Below are positions 9,665 to 21,220 of a stretch of DNA of 64,000 nt, piece after piece. Origin of the DNA: an uncultured Gammaproteobacteria bacterium (GTDB lineage: Bacteria > Patescibacteriota > Microgenomatia > UBA10105 > UBA927); assembly GCA_964394685.1 (NCBI GenBank), contig CAYMYO010000001.1:64040-128039 (forward strand). Reading direction: 5' to 3'. The position numbers and the translations under genes are program-made. A model generated the notes under the pieces. That model was not told where the DNA came from. It ran no database searches and saw nothing but the letters and a program-made list of their open reading frames with translations. Within the stretch, counting starts at the first letter, position 1; the number at the start of each line of letters is the position of its first letter.

Positions 9665-11287
9665 ATGAAAAAAATAGTTTTAGCTGCATTGATTTTTTTT
9701 GCGTTTTTACTTCGAACATATAACATATCGCATGTTCCGCCGGCTCTTTCCTGGGACGAGGTATCTATCGGATATAACGCATATAGTATTTTAAAAACTG
9801 GGAAAGATGAGCACGGGAAGTTTTTCCCCTTAGATGCATTTGTCGCCTACGGTGATTATAAACCACCGCTTGCAATATATCTCACAGTTCCAAGTGTTGC
9901 TATTTTTGGATTAAACGAATTTTCCGTACGCTTACCTTCAGCGTTATTTGGAACACTGACTATAGTATTGACCTATTTTTTGGTCAAGGAATTATTCAAG
10001 AAAAATCAATCATTGGCGCTATTATCCTCCGCGTTATTGGCAGTTTCACCGTGGCATATCAATTTGTCACGGGCTGGATTTGAGGCAACTATTGCATTAT
10101 TTTTTGTTGTTTTTGGAACATGGTTGATATTGAAAGCTCAAAATCAACCTCGTCTGTGGCCTTTTGCATTTATTCCGTATGTATTATCCATGTATACATT
10201 TAATAGTTCCAGGTATTTTGTTTTGATATTTATCGTTGGTTTAAGTATTTATTGCTGGGAACATATACGAAAGTCTTGGAAACAAGTTATTTTAGGTGTT
10301 TGCATTGCAGGTATTATTCTATTGCCATTACTTCCGCATCTCGTATCAAAAGAAGCAAGACTGCGATTTGTTGAAGTAAATATTTTTTCCGATCCCCAGA
10401 CAGTGATAATAGCAAATGAGAGAATTAATCGGGAAGGTAATTCCATTATCGGAAAGATAGTAAACAATCGAAGAGTCGGGTATGCAAGAAGTTATCTCAT
10501 TCATTTTTTTGATAATTTGCAACCTGATTTTCTGTTTATCAAAGGAGATGGAAACCCAAAATTCTCTATTCAGGATATTGGACAGCTGTATTGGGTAGAA
10601 GCACCACTTTTAATTATTGGTATATTTGCACTTCTTATAGTAAATGCCCCGATCGCACTTCTTCTTATATTTTGGATTATTGCGGCCATTATGCCGGCTG
10701 CTGTTGCTCGGGAGACACCGCACGCGCTTCGTATATTAAATTCTCTTCCCACCTGGCACATTTTTATTGCTTTTGGGATGCTTTCATCAATACAATACGC
10801 TAAAAAAATACACGTCTTATTATCTACTGTTATTATATTATTACTTTCCGTGATATATGCACTTAATGGTATGTATTACCTTCATAAATATTATCGTCAT
10901 TATCCGATAGAATTTTCTGGTGAATGGCAGTACGGATATAAAGACGCGCTATCAAGTATTATTCCTATTGAGTCAAAGTACGCTTCCGTTGCATTGACGG
11001 GACTTATTGGTCGGCCGTATATGTATACGTTATTTTATAAGCAAATTGATCCAACAGAGTTACAAAGAACAAAAGACGTCCGATTTGATGCAGCGGGGTT
11101 TTATCACGTGTATGGATTTGGGAAGTATCGGTTTATAGATGAATTACCAGCACAACTGAATCCTCAAACACTCTATATATGGGATGCTACAACGGTTCCA
11201 AAGGGAGTACGTATTATTAGTACAATTAGACTATTAAATGGAATTCCAGTACTGGTGATATTTGATTTGGGAGCAGTCGAGTTATGA
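9665..11287 (+). CDS. GT-C membrane glycosyltransferase (ArnT/PMT_2-like)
   Basis: WDEVSIGYNAYSILKTGKDEHG, DYKPPL, SPWHINLSR..FE. Confidence 0.8.
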   Translation: MKKIVLAALIFFAFLLRTYNISHVPPALSWDEVSIGYNAYSILKTGKDEHGKFFPLDAFVAYGDYKPPLAIYLTVPSVAIFGLNEFSVRLPSALFGTLTIVLTYFLVKELFKKNQSLALLSSALLAVSPWHINLSRAGFEATIALFFVVFGTWLILKAQNQPRLWPFAFIPYVLSMYTFNSSRYFVLIFIVGLSIYCWEHIRKSWKQVILGVCIAGIILLPLLPHLVSKEARLRFVEVNIFSDPQTVIIANERINREGNSIIGKIVNNRRVGYARSYLIHFFDNLQPDFLFIKGDGNPKFSIQDIGQLYWVEAPLLIIGIFALLIVNAPIALLLIFWIIAAIMPAAVARETPHALRILNSLPTWHIFIAFGMLSSIQYAKKIHVLLSTVIILLLSVIYALNGMYYLHKYYRHYPIEFSGEWQYGYKDALSSIIPIESKYASVALTGLIGRPYMYTLFYKQIDPTELQRTKDVRFDAAGFYHVYGFGKYRFIDELPAQLNPQTLYIWDATTVPKGVRIISTIRLLNGIPVLVIFDLGAVEL

Positions 11288-12924
11288 AACAGATACTATT
11301 AGTTATCGGAGTAGTTATTATTGCAGGAGTACTTCGATTGTATCAATTAGGGCAGGTACCAGTAAGTCCTGATTGGGATGAAGTGGCGCTTGGGTATAAC
11401 GCGTATTCAATTTTAAAAACCGGACGTGATGAATATGGTACATTCCTCCCTTTAACGTTTCGTTCATTTGATGATTATAAACCGCCACTTTATACTTATT
11501 TAACAGTGCCGTCTGTTGCGTTATTTGATCTGACGGTTTGGGCAGTTCGATTGCCCTCTGCGATCATGGGAATTTTAGCAGTATTAGGGACATATTTTCT
11601 TGTTAAAGAACTATTCAAAAAGAATCTAAACTTGCCAATAATAGCTTCGCTATTGTTGGCTATCTCTCCCTGGCATATTCAATTCTCACGTATTGCATTT
11701 GAAGCTAATACAGGAATAACGATAAATATCTGGGCAGTGGCAACGTTTTTTATGGGTTTGCGGAAGAAAGTATTTTTTTCAATATCAGCTCTCTTATTTG
11801 GACTTGGTATGTATGCATACCATAGTGAACGAATATTTCTTCCGCTTCTGGTTTTACTTTTAGGAGTGATCTATAGGAAAGAAATTTTTCAAAAGGACAA
11901 AATCCGCAGTATCGCTTCAGCGATTATTGTCGGCCTACTCGTGGTTGCCCCACTCATAACTGTGTTTGCGAATAAGTCTTCGATGTCTCGGGTGTATGGC
12001 ACGAGTATTTTTTCTAATCCTACCAATTTACTCGCCAGGTCAATTGCCAGCATTGAATACGATCAGAAATTAGGTGACAATATCGGAAAACTGTTTGATA
12101 ACCGACGCTTTGTTTGGGTGCAAACATTATTGTTCGGATACTTGTCTCATTTTTCATTTAAATGGTTGTTTTTAACCGGAGATAACCCAAGACATCACGC
12201 TCCCGATATGGGGCTATTATATTTATGGGAATTGCCATTTATTCTGTATGGTTTATATTCCATTATTAAAAGCAAAGAACAAAAAACAAAATACCTAATT
12301 ATTGGTTGGTTATTACTGTCCCCCATAGCAGCATCTCCTACAACAGGACTTCCACATGCGATACGAACGTTAGTATTTTTACCCATGTATCAAATCATTT
12401 GCGCAATTGGAATCAGTTCATTGTGGCAGGCATCAAACCGATGGAACATGTATAAAGTTTTTAAGAGAGTTTTATATAGTGTGGTTGTTTTATTTGCTTT
12501 AGGAAATTTTATTTACTATCTCGATATGTATTTCGTTCAACAAAATCCTGAATTTTCTGAATATTGGCAATATGGGTATAAACAAGCCGTTGAATACACG
12601 GAAAAGGTGAAACAAAAATATAAAAAAGTAGTTGTTTCAACCAATCTTGAGCAGTCCTATATGTTTTTCTTGTTTTATACGAAATATGATCCCAATAAAT
12701 ATTTAGCGTTAGGAGGAACAAAATCAGGAGGTTTTAGAGAGGATAGAAATGCGTTCGATGGTTATGAATTCCGGACAATTAAATGGCCCAGTGAGCAAAG
12801 AAACGGATCGATTCTTTATGTTGGGACGCTATTGGATATGCCGCACGGGAATGTTGCAAATATAACATTTTTAAATGGAAAACCGGCAATAGAAATGGCT
12901 GATATGCCAAGTGGAGCACCATGA
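11284..12924 (+). CDS. GT-C membrane glycosyltransferase (ArnT/PMT_2-like)
   Basis: WDEVALGYNAYSILKTGRDEYG; tandem paralogue of previous gene. Confidence 0.8.
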   Translation: MKQILLVIGVVIIAGVLRLYQLGQVPVSPDWDEVALGYNAYSILKTGRDEYGTFLPLTFRSFDDYKPPLYTYLTVPSVALFDLTVWAVRLPSAIMGILAVLGTYFLVKELFKKNLNLPIIASLLLAISPWHIQFSRIAFEANTGITINIWAVATFFMGLRKKVFFSISALLFGLGMYAYHSERIFLPLLVLLLGVIYRKEIFQKDKIRSIASAIIVGLLVVAPLITVFANKSSMSRVYGTSIFSNPTNLLARSIASIEYDQKLGDNIGKLFDNRRFVWVQTLLFGYLSHFSFKWLFLTGDNPRHHAPDMGLLYLWELPFILYGLYSIIKSKEQKTKYLIIGWLLLSPIAASPTTGLPHAIRTLVFLPMYQIICAIGISSLWQASNRWNMYKVFKRVLYSVVVLFALGNFIYYLDMYFVQQNPEFSEYWQYGYKQAVEYTEKVKQKYKKVVVSTNLEQSYMFFLFYTKYDPNKYLALGGTKSGGFREDRNAFDGYEFRTIKWPSEQRNGSILYVGTLLDMPHGNVANITFLNGKPAIEMADMPSGAP

Positions 12925-14408
12925 AAAAGATTCCAACTTATTTTATTGTATGCGTATTTATTATTATCCTCGCATGCATCCCAAGAGCGATAGAGCTTGT
13001 GTGTGGTAATTACGTCTTTGGGTTTGACCAAGGGAAACATTGGCTTGGGGCAAAAGCTCTTGTTATTGATCATAGAATTTCACTTATTGGCGATGAGGTG
13101 GGTGGTGCACGTGGATTTTTTCAAGGTCCGGGATGGATTTATACGTTAAGTATTTTTTATTTGCTATTTCAGGGAAATCCATATGGGGGGATTGTACTCA
13201 TGTTCATAAGTGGAATTGCAACAGTGGCGTTAGCATTATGGTTATTTGGAAAAACACTTGGAAAACTAGAAGCCGGATGCATTGGACTTCTTCTTGCGAT
13301 ATCGCCAATTCTGATTGAATCTTCAAGAATGACTTGGCCGCCGCACATGATTCCTCCCCTTACTGTTATTAGTCTATACGCACTATGGAAAATGATTACT
13401 GGAACTTATGTATATATGCCTATGCTATTTTTTGTTGTTGGTTCTATGGCGCATTTTGAAATAGCGACAGCTGGAACAATGGCCATAGTACTAACGTTGT
13501 ATACAATTCCATTTATTATTGTAAAAAGAATTTCATGGAAGATAATTGTTCTATCAGTCCTTGCTTGGATTCTTCCATTTCTTCCTCTTATAGTTTTTGA
13601 TATACGCCACCAGTTTTTAAATGTAAAAGGTATTATTGAAACATTCGGTGGAGACAGACAAATTCAATCATCACTGCCTCTTTTAATTGCAAATCATCGA
13701 ATGATTTTTAATACAAATATATTTCATGCGTTTCAAACGATGTTTACCTCAAATATTGCTGTTATTGCACTTCTTATTATTGGGATGTTTCAATTTGTTG
13801 ATAAAACGGTTGCTCGGACAAGACGACAATTTCTTTTTTTCTTGTACGGATTTCCTCTAGTTCTGTTTGGAGTTCTTTTATTTTACAAAAATGATTTATG
13901 GCCCTGGTGGCTGTATGAATTGTCAGTTATCATGGTGGTTCTGATTGGAATGACTGTCTCTTGGATGATAAGAAGAAAAGGAATTTTGAGAATTACTGCA
14001 ATTGCTATCCTTATTTTTATGTTTGCCGGATACGCAAAAGAAAGTATTCGTTTTTGGAAAAACGACTATCCTAATTACGGGGGAACGGCAAAAATCCGTG
14101 GTAAAACGGATGCCATTGATTTTATTTTTCAGGAAGCAAAAACTAAAGATTTTGGTTTATTTTTCTTTACACCTCCTATTTATACATATTCCTATGACTT
14201 TTTAAATTGGTGGTATGGAAAGAAAAAGTATGGATATATCCCCCCACAAGAAATGAAGGCTACATTTTATCTTCTTGCCGAGCCTGATGCGGAAAAGCCA
14301 TGGACGTACAAAGGTTGGATGGAGACGGCTATTGTAGGGGGTGTTGTGGTTAATACATGGACATTGCCATCCGGATTTATTGTGCAAAAAAGAGTGATGA
14401 TGAAATAA
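12921..14408 (+). CDS. GT-C membrane glycosyltransferase
   Basis: FGFDQG, FQGPGWIY, GNP.G, FDIRHQF; multi-TM. Confidence 0.75.
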   Translation: MKKIPTYFIVCVFIIILACIPRAIELVCGNYVFGFDQGKHWLGAKALVIDHRISLIGDEVGGARGFFQGPGWIYTLSIFYLLFQGNPYGGIVLMFISGIATVALALWLFGKTLGKLEAGCIGLLLAISPILIESSRMTWPPHMIPPLTVISLYALWKMITGTYVYMPMLFFVVGSMAHFEIATAGTMAIVLTLYTIPFIIVKRISWKIIVLSVLAWILPFLPLIVFDIRHQFLNVKGIIETFGGDRQIQSSLPLLIANHRMIFNTNIFHAFQTMFTSNIAVIALLIIGMFQFVDKTVARTRRQFLFFLYGFPLVLFGVLLFYKNDLWPWWLYELSVIMVVLIGMTVSWMIRRKGILRITAIAILIFMFAGYAKESIRFWKNDYPNYGGTAKIRGKTDAIDFIFQEAKTKDFGLFFFTPPIYTYSYDFLNWWYGKKKYGYIPPQEMKATFYLLAEPDAEKPWTYKGWMETAIVGGVVVNTWTLPSGFIVQKRVMMK

Positions 14409-14409
14409 T

Positions 14410-15648
14410 ATGCGTTGGCGCACATGTATCGCCGTAGTATTTTTAGTTTTTATTTTTTTTCGCTTCTTTCAGCTTGAAGAGCGGCTTGTTTTAGGTTGGG
14501 ATCAGACAATGAATGCATGGGTAGTGAAAGATCTTTTGATTGATCATAAATTTCCACTTCTTGGAATGGCAGCAAAAGGAAACAGCGGAGTATTCATCGG
14601 TCCGGCATTTTACTATATTTTAGCTGCGTTTTATGCAGTTACGAAGTTACACCCAATCGCAGCCGGATATTACGCAGGAGTTATGAGTGTTGTTGCCGGA
14701 ATAGTACTTTTTTTTGTTGTTCGTCGTATATTTTCAGAGCGGGTAGCACTTATCGCTCTTGCTGTTGCGGCTATATCTTTTAAAGTAGTTTTTTCTGACC
14801 GCCTTGCTGGACCAATTCATTTACTTCCGTTTGTATCTATTGCAATTTTTTATCTCTGGTACACAGTGCTTATGGGAAATTCGAAAGCGCTTCCATTATT
14901 AGCTACTGTTATCGGATTTTCTTTCCACCTGCACATGACAGCTATATATTATGTATTTATTTCTCTTTTGTGTTTCCCTTTTATTCTTCGTCAAAAAATA
15001 CCGGTAAAGATATATATAGTATCCATCCTGGCGTTATTTGTTTGGTTTATACCAAACATCGTAGTGAATATTCAACAGAATTACACCCTGACAACAACAA
15101 CGGGTAACTTTTTTACTACCTTTTATCATGGTCTACATCTGCGGCGGGTTTTGCAGCTGTTACCCGATGCGTTTATAGAATTTGAGAAAATTATATTGTT
15201 GGGGCCGTTTTCTTTTATCCGCTATATCATGGTGCCGATATTTATTGTTCTTATCTGGTTACGGGAAAAAAGAAAAAAAGCACTGGTCATCATCTATCTG
15301 ACGTTGCTGTGGTATATCGTTCCCTGGATTGTGCTGTCAACGTTTCGGGGAGAGATAAGTGATTATTATTTTGTTATTACACGTTTTCCATCTCTTTTTA
15401 TTATTGGGTACTGCATAAATAGCGTTCTATCAACACGTAGATGGTATCTTATTGGAGGTGTAAGCATATTGTTTTTATGGTTTTCTTACAATAACATTGC
15501 TTTATTTAGTAGATCAAATGATCGAAACTTCATCAAACAACAAGACCGCGCAATGTCATTTATTCAATCCGGCAAGAGAATGGATTTTCAGGAAGGCATT
15601 GCTGAATCGTATCTTTATTTTTACTATCGCAACTTCGATATGCGGTAA
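14410..15648 (+). CDS. GT-C membrane glycosyltransferase
   Basis: WDQ...W, FPLLG, IGPAFYY; multi-TM. Confidence 0.75.
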   Translation: MRWRTCIAVVFLVFIFFRFFQLEERLVLGWDQTMNAWVVKDLLIDHKFPLLGMAAKGNSGVFIGPAFYYILAAFYAVTKLHPIAAGYYAGVMSVVAGIVLFFVVRRIFSERVALIALAVAAISFKVVFSDRLAGPIHLLPFVSIAIFYLWYTVLMGNSKALPLLATVIGFSFHLHMTAIYYVFISLLCFPFILRQKIPVKIYIVSILALFVWFIPNIVVNIQQNYTLTTTTGNFFTTFYHGLHLRRVLQLLPDAFIEFEKIILLGPFSFIRYIMVPIFIVLIWLREKRKKALVIIYLTLLWYIVPWIVLSTFRGEISDYYFVITRFPSLFIIGYCINSVLSTRRWYLIGGVSILFLWFSYNNIALFSRSNDRNFIKQQDRAMSFIQSGKRMDFQEGIAESYLYFYYRNFDMR

Positions 15649-15665
15649 ATAATCTCGGTATTCGA

Positions 15666-15671
15666 TATAAT
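15666..15671 (+). promoter_or_regulatory. -10 box (TATAAT) 6 nt before ATG, probable leaderless promoter
   Basis: TATAAT-acgatt-ATG(15678). Confidence 0.55.
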
Positions 15672-15677
15672 ACGATT

Positions 15678-17308
<1,631 letters not shown>

Positions 17309-17324
<16 letters not shown>

Positions 17325-18085
17325 TCCTGTCTGTCGCAATCGTAACTTTTAACGAAGAACAGAACATTGATGCTTGCTTATTATCAATCAGCCAACTGGC
17401 TGATGAAATAATCGTCGTTGATGGCGGATCGAGTGATACAACGTGTGAAATAGCAAAGAAATATAACGCAACAATTATCCACACAGATAATCCACAAATA
17501 TTTCATATTAATAAACAGAAGGCACTTGATGCGTGTCATGGGGAGTGGATTTTGCAGCTTGATGCAGATGAGGTGGTGACAGAAGAATTGAAGAAAGAGA
17601 TCCTGAATCCGCCAACTGGCGGACAGGATGACAAACATTATAACGGATACTATATTCCGCGGAAAAATTATTTTTGGGGTCATGTTATGAAGAAGGGCGG
17701 CCAATATCCCGATTATGTCATACGACTTATTCGTAACGGCAAAGCCCATTTCCCCTGTAAAAGTGTTCATGAACAAATTGAAGTTGATGGGACTGTTGGA
17801 TATTTGAAAGAACCAATGCTTCACTATTCATACAGAACAAAAGAAGACTATTGGAAAAAAGCAGATACCTATACGACGCTGAGGGCTCTATCTATGCAGG
17901 AAAATAACATCAAAAAAACGCTTGGTACATGGGTACGTTATAACATTATTCTTCCCATAAAAACTTTTTTTCTTTTATTTATCAGACATAAGGGGTTTAT
18001 TGATGGATGGTATGGACTGGTCTTTGCCTATTGGTCTGCGCTCCACTTCCCAATATCATATAAAAAATATCGTAAAATGCTATGA
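17309..18085 (+). CDS. GT2 glycosyltransferase (beta-1,4-glucosyltransferase/KdtX-like)
   Basis: NEE.NI, VVDGGSSD, WILQLDADE, YPDY..RL, VHE; alternative start 17303. Confidence 0.85.
17600..17632. repeat. Nested hairpin (REP-like) inside a CDS
   Basis: Outer arms ATCCTG/CAGGAT enclose TCCGCCA-AC-TGGCGGA (17608-17623); encodes ILNPPTGGQDD. Confidence 0.85.
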
Positions 18086-18600
18086 AAAAAATAACTTCGG
18101 TTGTGATTTTATACATAATACTTTATACGTTATACCTTATACTTCCGCTTGCTGTACAAGCGGAATATGTTCTTCCCTATCCATCATCTATGCCGGGGAA
18201 TAAAATATATAAAATAACAAGATTAGTCGATTGGCTTAAGAATTATTGGTATTGGGGAGATATTGCGCAGGCGAAGTACCATCTCATGTTGTCGGATAAA
18301 TATCTTGTTGAAGCGAAAATACTTTTTGAATATAAACAATATTTATTGGGAGACGAAGCGCTTGTACGGTCTTCAAATGAGTGGCAGCAGATACAGCCGC
18401 ATCTCAATTTTGCAAAAAATCATAATAAAGATATTACGAAATTATTTATCCTCTATAAAGAAGCTGCACAGGTTCATGAAATAGTGTTGCGTTCATTTAT
18501 TGTTCCCGAATCAATACTGTGGAATCCTGAGAAAGGAACATCTACAAATTTATATTTAAAAGAAGATATCACGAAAGCGATTGAAATTCGTAAACAATAA
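18082..18600 (+). CDS. Secreted protein, DUF5667-like
   Basis: Signal peptide ending AVQA followed by EYVLPYPSSMPGNKIYKI, resembling the DUF5667 N-terminal motif. Confidence 0.6.
   Translation: MKKITSVVILYIILYTLYLILPLAVQAEYVLPYPSSMPGNKIYKITRLVDWLKNYWYWGDIAQAKYHLMLSDKYLVEAKILFEYKQYLLGDEALVRSSNEWQQIQPHLNFAKNHNKDITKLFILYKEAAQVHEIVLRSFIVPESILWNPEKGTSTNLYLKEDITKAIEIRKQ
18111..18145 (+). repeat. Degenerate heptamer array ATACNNN x5 in a signal-peptide region
   Basis: atacata atacttt atacgtt atacctt atacttc. Confidence 0.8.
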
Positions 18601-18601
18601 T

Positions 18602-19753
18602 ATGAGGAGAATTGCATATCTGTATTACATTTTTATACTCGTATGTATCGTTGTTTTTTCTTATGGGTTTAAAGATCCGAATTTAACGTTAACAACCTCA
18701 CCGTTTCTTATTTCCATCACTCACCAACTCACGTACGTTGTGTATGTACTTCGCCCGTTAGCAACGCTCATTTTTTTAGGTATTCTTTTGAGTCTTTGGA
18801 GTTTTTATGCCATTGTATGTAGGTATGGAGAGAAATTATTTTCTAATTTAAAACATCTTGCGTTTATTATTATCGCATCAGCATTCATTCTTTCATTTTC
18901 TTATCCCGCGTTGACACATGATCTATTTAACTATATGACCACAGCCAAGGTAGCATTCACCCATGGAGAAAATCCATATGTTGTCATGCCGATTGAAATT
19001 CCAAATGAACCTTACCTAGCATTTACCAGGGCAGCTAATAAATATGCATTGTACGGGCCAATATAGATTGCCATAACTGCACTACCACACTACCTTGGTA
19101 ATAATAATATTTGGCAAACAATTATCATGTTTAAGTTATTAAATACATTTTTTTATCTTGTGTTTGTATATATGGTGTATCAGATAACAAAATCCTTGAA
19201 AAATACACTATTTTTCGCATTCAATCCGCTTATTCTTATCGAAACACTCGTTTCAGGTCATAACGATATTGTCATGATGGTATTAGCAGTGGCTGGACTT
19301 TATCTGTTTGAGCAAAAGAAAATATCGGAAAAAATAATTAGCATAATATTGTTATTTGCTAGTGTTTTGATAAAAGGAGCAACAATTGTCCTTTTACCGC
19401 TTCTGTTTGTAAGAAAATTTGACCGTGATCGCTTACTGCTTACTGCTTACTGCTTACTGTCCATCGTCTTTTTCATCGCAGCCCCCATTCGGGAAGAACT
19501 CTATCCTTGGTATGCAGTATGGCTTGTATGTATTGTGTCGTTTCTTCCAATCAAAAAGCATATGTGGCTGTACGGTTTTACAACAGTTCTAACTTTTGCA
19601 TTAGAGCTGCGGCATTTGCCATATATGTGGATGGGGTATTATGAAGGGCCGGGACCAGTACTTCGCACCATACTTACCGTTGTACCAGTTGGTATATATA
19701 TTGTTTATACCGGAATGCAATACCTATCAAAAAGACAAAATGAAAAAATTTAA
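18602..19753 (+). pseudogene. GT-C glycosyltransferase (MptA/B-like mannosyltransferase) interrupted by an in-frame TAG
   Basis: ORFs 18581-19066 and 19127-19753 share a frame; YGPI*IAITALP; motifs DLFNY, GENPY, NPL..IE...SGHND, YPWY span both parts. Confidence 0.75.
19431..19458 (+). repeat. Perfect heptamer array (GCTTACT)x4 inside a CDS
   Basis: Read directly; encodes RLLLTAYCLL. Confidence 0.9.
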
Positions 19754-21218
19754 GACGCTGTTTATATTACTTGGATTATTTTGTATTGCAGTTGCACTCC
19801 GCTGGTATTTGTTGCCAAGTCATCTTTTTTTTGGACCGGAACAGGGAAGAGATTTCCTTGTAGTACGAGATATTGTAGTTAATCACAAATTGACCCTCAT
19901 CGGGTCAAAAACAGACATTTCCGGAATATTCCACGGACCAATATTCTATTATCTTGCAGCAATCCCGTTTGCTGTAACAAAGGGAAATCCTCTTGGTGTA
20001 TCGCTGTTCATGATCATCATTCAGGCCATTGGTGTTTTCTTTATTTATCTTCTTGGTAAAGATATAACAAAAAGTAAGCGGGTAGGACTGATGACAGCTG
20101 GTTTGTATGCAATATCATTTCTTGGAATTGTATATGGACGGTGGTTATCAAATCCACCGCTTTCTATTCCATTTTCAATTATTTTTATATGGAGTTTCGT
20201 TCGTATGTTGCAGGGAGATAGACGGTATCTTTTTCTTACGGCAATATCATTTGCATGTTTAGGTCAGGCAGAATTTATTAACTTTTTACTTTTCGCTGGT
20301 ATTGTATTTGTGCTGATTGTACGATTTTGGAAGAAAGTTTTGGCTATACCCATGTCATACATAGGAATGGCATTGATTGTAGCTTTTGCATTGTCTTTTG
20401 GAAGCTATCTGTTGTTTGATCTGCGTCATGAGTTTTTGATTTCAAAAAGCGTCATGGGGCTTGTAACTGGTACCTCTGGGTATGGGGTTTCATTTCTTGA
20501 GTCAATGAAAAATGCATCACTCATGTTCGTCTCACAGTTTGGAATGATATTTGGAATTCATATGTGGCAAATAGGTGCTATTTGTTTCGCGATCACACTT
20601 TTTGTATTAGGAGTTGAACGGAAACGACATGAATATATTGATTTAGTTATCATTTGGCTGTTAGTACCGATTCTTATCCTTATGGGACTGCGACATAGCG
20701 TACTGGAACAACTGTATGTTGGACTTGTTCCAGGTATGATTCTTGCAATTGCCATCTTTATTGAGTGGTTAATTCGAAAAATATCAATACTTGGGATTGT
20801 CGTGGGATTAAGTGTGATCGCGATGAGTATATACGCATGCGTGAGTTATCTTCCAAGTAATTCCTTCGTGTTTTTCCAAAGCCCGCAACCGAACGTCAGA
20901 TATCGCGACCAACAAAAGGTCGTGACGAGGATTTATCAATTGGCAAACGGCGACAATTTCTATTTTCAGTCATATACAATTCCATATTTTTGGCAGGATG
21001 CATGGACGTATCTATTTTGGTATCAGGGGATAGAAAAGTATGGATATATTCCGAAGGAAGAGGATAAATCCGTAGTCTATGTTATTGTTCAAAAAGATCG
21101 ATCTAATCCAACATTTCAAGCAAATTGGTATGAAAAAACTGTTTCAGCGTGGGGGAAAAGAACAGAAGGGTTTACAATTGGAGAATATACTGTTGAAATA
21201 CGAGAGCGAGAACAGTAA
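19740..21218 (+). CDS. GT-C membrane glycosyltransferase
   Basis: FGPEQGRDF, FHGPIFYY, GNP, FDLRHEF; paralogue of 12921-14408. Confidence 0.75.
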   Translation: MKKFKTLFILLGLFCIAVALRWYLLPSHLFFGPEQGRDFLVVRDIVVNHKLTLIGSKTDISGIFHGPIFYYLAAIPFAVTKGNPLGVSLFMIIIQAIGVFFIYLLGKDITKSKRVGLMTAGLYAISFLGIVYGRWLSNPPLSIPFSIIFIWSFVRMLQGDRRYLFLTAISFACLGQAEFINFLLFAGIVFVLIVRFWKKVLAIPMSYIGMALIVAFALSFGSYLLFDLRHEFLISKSVMGLVTGTSGYGVSFLESMKNASLMFVSQFGMIFGIHMWQIGAICFAITLFVLGVERKRHEYIDLVIIWLLVPILILMGLRHSVLEQLYVGLVPGMILAIAIFIEWLIRKISILGIVVGLSVIAMSIYACVSYLPSNSFVFFQSPQPNVRYRDQQKVVTRIYQLANGDNFYFQSYTIPYFWQDAWTYLFWYQGIEKYGYIPKEEDKSVVYVIVQKDRSNPTFQANWYEKTVSAWGKRTEGFTIGEYTVEIREREQ

Positions 21219-21220
21219 CT

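Noticed and set aside
19064-19066. Stop-codon reassignment (TAG) or code 25 (TGA=Gly)
   Set aside because: TAG and TGA both terminate many intact genes here; only one internal TAG was found
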